Shown: positions 19,101 to 20,000 of the stretch, piece after piece
Numbering within the stretch: position 1 is the stretch's first letter
Layout: each line of letters opens with the position of its first letter
Source of the DNA: an uncultured virus (IMG/VR IMGVR_UViG_3300028327_000691)
Taxonomy: Duplodnaviria; Heunggongvirae; Uroviricota; Caudoviricetes
Direction: 5' to 3' (one strand)
DNA: 20,000 bases
IMG/VR virus record: IMGVR_UViG_3300028327_000691
Made by a program: the position numbers and the translations under genes
The notes under the pieces: generated by a model
Told to the model about the DNA's origin: nothing
The model's input: the letters and a program-made list of their open reading frames with translations, nothing else
Databases searched by the model: none

Positions 19101-20000
19101 AGACGAATGGTTTGATAAAGCTAATGGGTGGATCAAAGCAAGTATCGCGGGAAATACCGACACAACGGTAAGCTGGTTTTACAGTATAAACGCCGACAAT
19201 TTGCTCACTCCGGCTACGGGTATGCAGGGTCGCCCGGTGCAGGTTCAGGTTCGGGCATGGGACACCAAGGACACGGTATATCATGAAATACCGGATAAGG
19301 TAAGCAACGCGTCTCCACCCTTTAATTACATCTTTGACAGCGGAGTTCCGACAATAAGCATTCCCACTATTTCAAAGATCGGTAATGAAGACAGGAAATA
19401 CACAGACGGTATCCGCGTATCCGGCACATTTAAAGTAAAAGCCGAGGTACAGGATGACGGCGGGATTTCTTCTATCAGGGCAAGGTTAACCGGCAGTCAG
19501 GCATTTAAGGAAATTGTTAAAAACGGCGCTATTGTTACCTCCGCGTTGGAACAAGGCTGGAATGTTGTAGCTCCGCAGACTTATAGTCAAAATCAATGGC
19601 TAAATGGTTATCGTTACTACATAACCAATCCCGGCAATATAAGTAACTGGCAAAGTATTGATCTTGAATGGGTTGATGGAAAATCTTACGTAGAAGGAAC
19701 AACCATCAAGTACATTGGAGCGGATAATGGAACGAATATATCCGGTTCCGGCGCAATGGCAATGCGAGCTACCGGAGAAAGGGCAAATACCTCGGCTGAC
19801 AGTGATAAAAACTCATACAACTGGAATACACAATTCTTTAAATACACAGTTGAATTTGAGATTGTTTCAACTTCTGTTAAAAACTTGGAATACGGAAAAA
19901 CGGGAATCTTTTCTCTGGAACTGGACGTATACGACAACAACAAAGAGCCCGCCCCGAACAGCACCAGAGGCACATTCAACCTTGGCGTGGATAACTACTA
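7108..20000 (+). CDS. Giant lipoprotein with tandem bacterial Ig-like domains (putative surface adhesin), at least 4297 aa, 3'-truncated by the window edge
   Basis: Translated by hand in frame +1 from ATG 7108, with no stop up to base 20000. N-terminus MKDLKVGKFVCVLVFVAALISLVT-C25-SNENVITGLGSQVDTSQPVVSI is a signal peptide with a lipobox-like Cys (7180-7182). Recurrent Ig-like motifs: DxxxP linkers, DG.H.LSIRVKDSLGN, VKVVDRAGN, VDQDTDNP, DDDNGL, VGGEIRITGTASDND. Rich in T, S, G, D and N. Confidence 0.92.
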   Translation, partial: MKDLKVGKFVCVLVFVAALISLVTCSNENVITGLGSQVDTSQPVVSIITEFGTGPGTFLTGQKRIYIDATDDMGVASVTVVYSYYYLKDGVQYPMEAVVDALWSQADGCYVIDIDTLNGFYDETTKPPSWLPMVDGPLTAIVMVSDKSGKRTVTPDIIYTVKNGPPKINMQIPRPRTRNSELLNEEPYPIVVSDSYFMGVFEDLAGLAPGYPLIKFWEAGKPEPVDYRENAGWENVSGYNSPGHGWIRPDEGTAEYVRGEKGGTFRYYLRKRQPNGIAFPEDSKNGLTPDRKYNVKIKAVDINGIALEWPSEVYPNKPEYMTMFMDAEGIPPIVTIIEPDQAKLYFKDNFNIIAEAEHQGDLSTEISELRFEVTGKDRNTVLLKRWVYPEIKDKSQGKFKIELEKTYYSLKQNETIQPAVMVDNVTEVPGNAFSQVTFTDGSFTFNVIAYDDVGARKIVPFSIYVDKQPPVTSVTSVTPYYTQDPITDDDKSNGLESKNKPYRRWTVNKTVKIAVNSTDNRGDAIDVATNYAKFKYLFSFGSDISSTTYNNWKGSDSEKTFEQFLYEHGTAKFFDDVKANPIPITTGTPNGNPLVKVEGKDGSYTLWLQTHKYNAADKYKLWMYIVAMDNADNISYDKILLNVDQDTDNPSIKFDEMNTFMNDKSYIRLTVDDDNGLSDEARKDIPIVEYRFAKNDAEWNTLKATGEGWHPVYDWQTKTWDILSQDLKRVTINDLTLRKIAIDLGLTSDDLKTVLGTEADPKYIQIRAIDNVKTKVYSTDGTASYSTPWQKFTMDLTIPVIHVSTTAYENNSTLSGRDSENPFGIPERNKAYKEMPFIYGDIIEENLSSISVKIDGKETITYTILDNHDAGKDQTRFSVIYDGRPAIAPANFYVWKNKDAKDSKRWYIPRTDFTGLSDGPHTFEISFEDKVPQVTSMSFTFYKDTKGPVISFVNPGGTDTLTFAELTKLNKDLKDGNDLKYNTSSGATAYNIYNRLTGMSIKDMSTKLSGTFTDDYSPIADANGNYSFSWKIDNGGWQVENLTTSDTDSKSIKWEVPLLTAREANGGKELDDGVHILSIRVKDSLGNGSDDAAQKDSGFKNDMAFLVDKSVPVLNVTKYPDKAINNEYTFKGKITETIKVKQLTVKLGNDEIAVIDLEKNDKKFPTVNGKQYGLGITVDATPGTGMTFDFEVTINPAIGGLEDRPHSLMFSAVGSSGQAGMTTSSFILDTKGPSITIGAPISDSVYVTNTEWGILEDAVVKDDFSSASSINSIYDKVFIARIKDGSPSFAITLTDEASNIFETGKDKYWYKFDNDLSWTPVTVNSSDYNKPSVNLSLPLPADKRTNGVHRVSIRATDSIGNGYNDLTGNGADLETRYGVGYQSNLVFMIDTGVPELVVKNVEGKKVPGEAADFGIHKSSFNISGEITGTFDVQDLSVKIGSTLVAQRLNTNSGVTMNNMTFTKKLNSKQTYYFTNVNIDPLSGVSVTDGSKDGSYTVSVSVKGSSEQSISNVSTVTLDTQGPKITINAPIKEKIYLKGTQLPDITSAISSNSISSLASDTKAIYYKLLNYNVKDKSSGLSGSFADTYSDVGVNYWYKFNDETSWKTGDTIFSNVNNKKTADWAIELPSTLNDGMNRLSIRVIDELSNGYDSTVAAPDNSGGNGFESNLNFIIDTGTPVLTKVSGLADTSTGEDPTVKGPPGFFTVTGQVTGTFMVKRLSVSIGGSAEILLGQSATVLQTVDGDQTQMGGNFFIDNFSLTPAGTEKTFNYSFDVITEKNGAQLAYGSRTITINAVGSSDNSDVKTLSFIFDNQGPKVSVSVPSDKVYLSGDERDSLNYILDNGKPYLTGQEDIYKKLDAMVISDASVKLSGTFNDDYSPVALTGSNSFWWDIDNSGTWNEGKLGVNNKSVSWEVDIADLGVGVHILSLRVKDSLGNGYDKFSVLTGKSGGNGYETDIAFLIDKNPPKIEDIVAPKAALKGQFSVKGRVTDTYGVKKLSVKLGNDEIAIAEKNSSGNYDLTKKTVGGVSNYAENIVITRTDGIGKSFDFTVIINPVSKRTGSGLDDGPKSLTFTAIGSSNQAVIGVDSFTLDTTGPKVTVGAPISASLYITGTEWSNLKQAVDSDKFDVVSTAPGTTYDDLFEARIKDEKASFTVTFTDDASDVFKSGENTSYWYRFDDEGWKEETIPVTEFNKKSVSVKLPLPVAGKWTDNVHRLSIRVKDSLKNGYDNNTLESDILALGGKESNNDYGHETYRTFMIDSGKPTLTLNKANLGVFKASDTLSISGTIIGTFKVQELNAKIGDYSMFINSSDIKPLNEYSKKNYKFDDVSITPVSIEDSIGKAEGSYTISLTAKGSSEQTDMKSSTFILDTQGPVISINAPINKVYLTSGQIEAVEYAISNNRTDSLGTDKSIFFKLLNNNVKDISAGLSGTFSDTYSEIGTKYWYKFNNGQWREANTDVASADNKMSVGWKINLTTQPNGTITIPNGETLPEGLNSLSIRVKDSLSNGYDKDSPGVPGEGGNGYETNVNFILDTGTPVLSAVTGLSEGNEPDVLGPTSSIVTVYGKITGTYMVKKLSVSLGNGATVALTTDGNITYPSGGDPFISAINLTPVNDSSKTFDYYFNVNTSSGALPYGARTITINALGSSDSSTVKTLSFIYDNKGPNVSVSVPSKKLIMSDTDVVDLNSALYSGSLSPAQQTAYNELKTMLITDTSTALSGTFNDEYSNVAEGTNNTFWWNIDNTGWQERTFDVSIPGKSASWAVPIKELGDGVHLLSLRAKDKLGNGSNGTTEGTSGFENNIAFMIDRTAPKIPDASLIVPTAALKTPFSVSGKITDTYGIKRLSIKLGNDEIAILEENGSKTYPSVEGITYGSNLVVTRGAGKTFDFTAEIDPSKGLSVLEDGPISLTFTVIGSSGQVAIGVKNFILDTTGPAIAIGAPINDSVYLESDNALTIINDAVDTGDFSVISSDTKLNAAYERIYKTRVKDSSASFAITFTDDKSPVFSSTKKLYWVSFDGQSFVSKEIDPAEYGKKSVSIKLPLPKEYQTDGIHSLSVRVIDSLGNGYDSGHVISEPGIKDGYVNKLVFMIDSGTPKLNFNIVNKTTINEQGSLTLSGNITDTFEVQELSVKIGSTVVASKAGDDVIPITVTGEANKKKFGFTGVNINSAAINRATNGVEGSYTISVTVKGSSDQSEMKVSTFVLDTKGPVISINSPIKEKIYLESTQLSDIDTAISNNSVSSLSNETKAIYYKLLNYNVKDASAGLSGSFTDTYSSIGEHYLYQFNGGEWQVGDTIFNEGNNKSADWLIKLTPQNDGTILLPNNETMLNGLNRLSIRVQDELNNGCNQGSTPEGNNGNGFENNITFILDTGVPKINADGFALNAVKGPSPDHFRVEGQITGTFIVKRLSVTLKGPLATIIETPIDDKQQNIVPNDGFIQNISITPAAGESRTFNYSFDVYYTRNQGGGIVPLDYGPNSITVNAIGSSDQSDIKILPFIYDNKAPSITVNTPITQKIHLNDSEWEKIKNGVSIDGDLLTKYNNLKDMVIRDASDGLNGYFNDEYSQIGNTFWYKFLDDVPETGWKPVPITVNEKSVAWTIPLTDPNNDEKNREDGIYRVSLRVKDKLGNGFDDEDNTSTGTGQGHETQLAFIIDMGIPKIDFKLERNGVKYDTNIFFNGNFKIVGTIENTVSIIKLSAKISGKEVAVGGGQGQSPDGVIITPVPGEAKKFTFEVPVDPKNIIINGKGLEEKAHSVSVTVTGSSGQSSIETSNFTYDITAPSANFNSPVAGTRHEYGKFANSSTEYSIWWSGSWETGEIKVGGVADDKFGVDKIYYRIGRMSESIADGDNDTEREAFYMNDAMWTPTYLDEEKPASKWSGGLYYWNYQDNLNPYQFATSLIERKVDTASTPDHSDNMFYLPFYVKVVDRAGNINVVQYKVYVDPDKDIPSTRIVSPSNNVRVGGEIRITGTASDNDWVHSVDIRIIDKSKEPGDAGYYYISPGDEWFDKANGWIKASIAGNTDTTVSWFYSINADNLLTPATGMQGRPVQVQVRAWDTKDTVYHEIPDKVSNASPPFNYIFDSGVPTISIPTISKIGNEDRKYTDGIRVSGTFKVKAEVQDDGGISSIRARLTGSQAFKEIVKNGAIVTSALEQGWNVVAPQTYSQNQWLNGYRYYITNPGNISNWQSIDLEWVDGKSYVEGTTIKYIGADNGTNISGSGAMAMRATGERANTSADSDKNSYNWNTQFFKYTVEFEIVSTSVKNLEYGKTGIFSLELDVYDNNKEPAPNSTRGTFNLGVDNY
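9937..18420 (+). repeat. Ten diverged intragenic repeat units (268-295 aa) arranged as (A-B-C)x3 + A'
   Basis: Units start at a D-[TN]-x-[GA]-P linker at 9937, 10792, 11659, 12535, 13375, 14209, 15082, 15886, 16711 and 17596, and the array ends at DITAP 18421. Each unit contains S.R..D.[LI].NG and GSS motifs. Subtype markers recur every third unit. Confidence 0.9.

Noticed and set aside
7717..19979. Many short ORFs in the track, mostly minus strand, across the right two-thirds of the window
   Set aside because: They are antisense or off-frame shadows of the giant frame +1 gene, with no recognisable motifs; several mirror its repeats.

Overview
Bacterial chromosomal window, probably from a Treponema-like spirochaete (inferred from the lipoprotein signal and protein style, not verified). 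From left to right: the 3' part of a PcfJ-domain gene; a translationally coupled two-gene GmrSD-family (DUF262 + DUF262-DUF1524/HNH) type IV restriction cassette with TgvAB-like architecture and its own near-consensus sigma70 promoter; a convergent histone deacetylase-family gene that appears leaderless; a divergent membrane-anchored protein resembling a solute-binding protein; and a 370-bp regulatory region (direct repeats, AT tract, promoter, ~195-nt leader). The last 12.9 kb is one open frame missing from the ORF track because it has no stop in the window (7108..>20000, at least 4297 aa). It encodes a giant lipoprotein built from Ig-like domains, with ten ~280-aa units arranged hierarchically as (A-B-C)x3 + A'.
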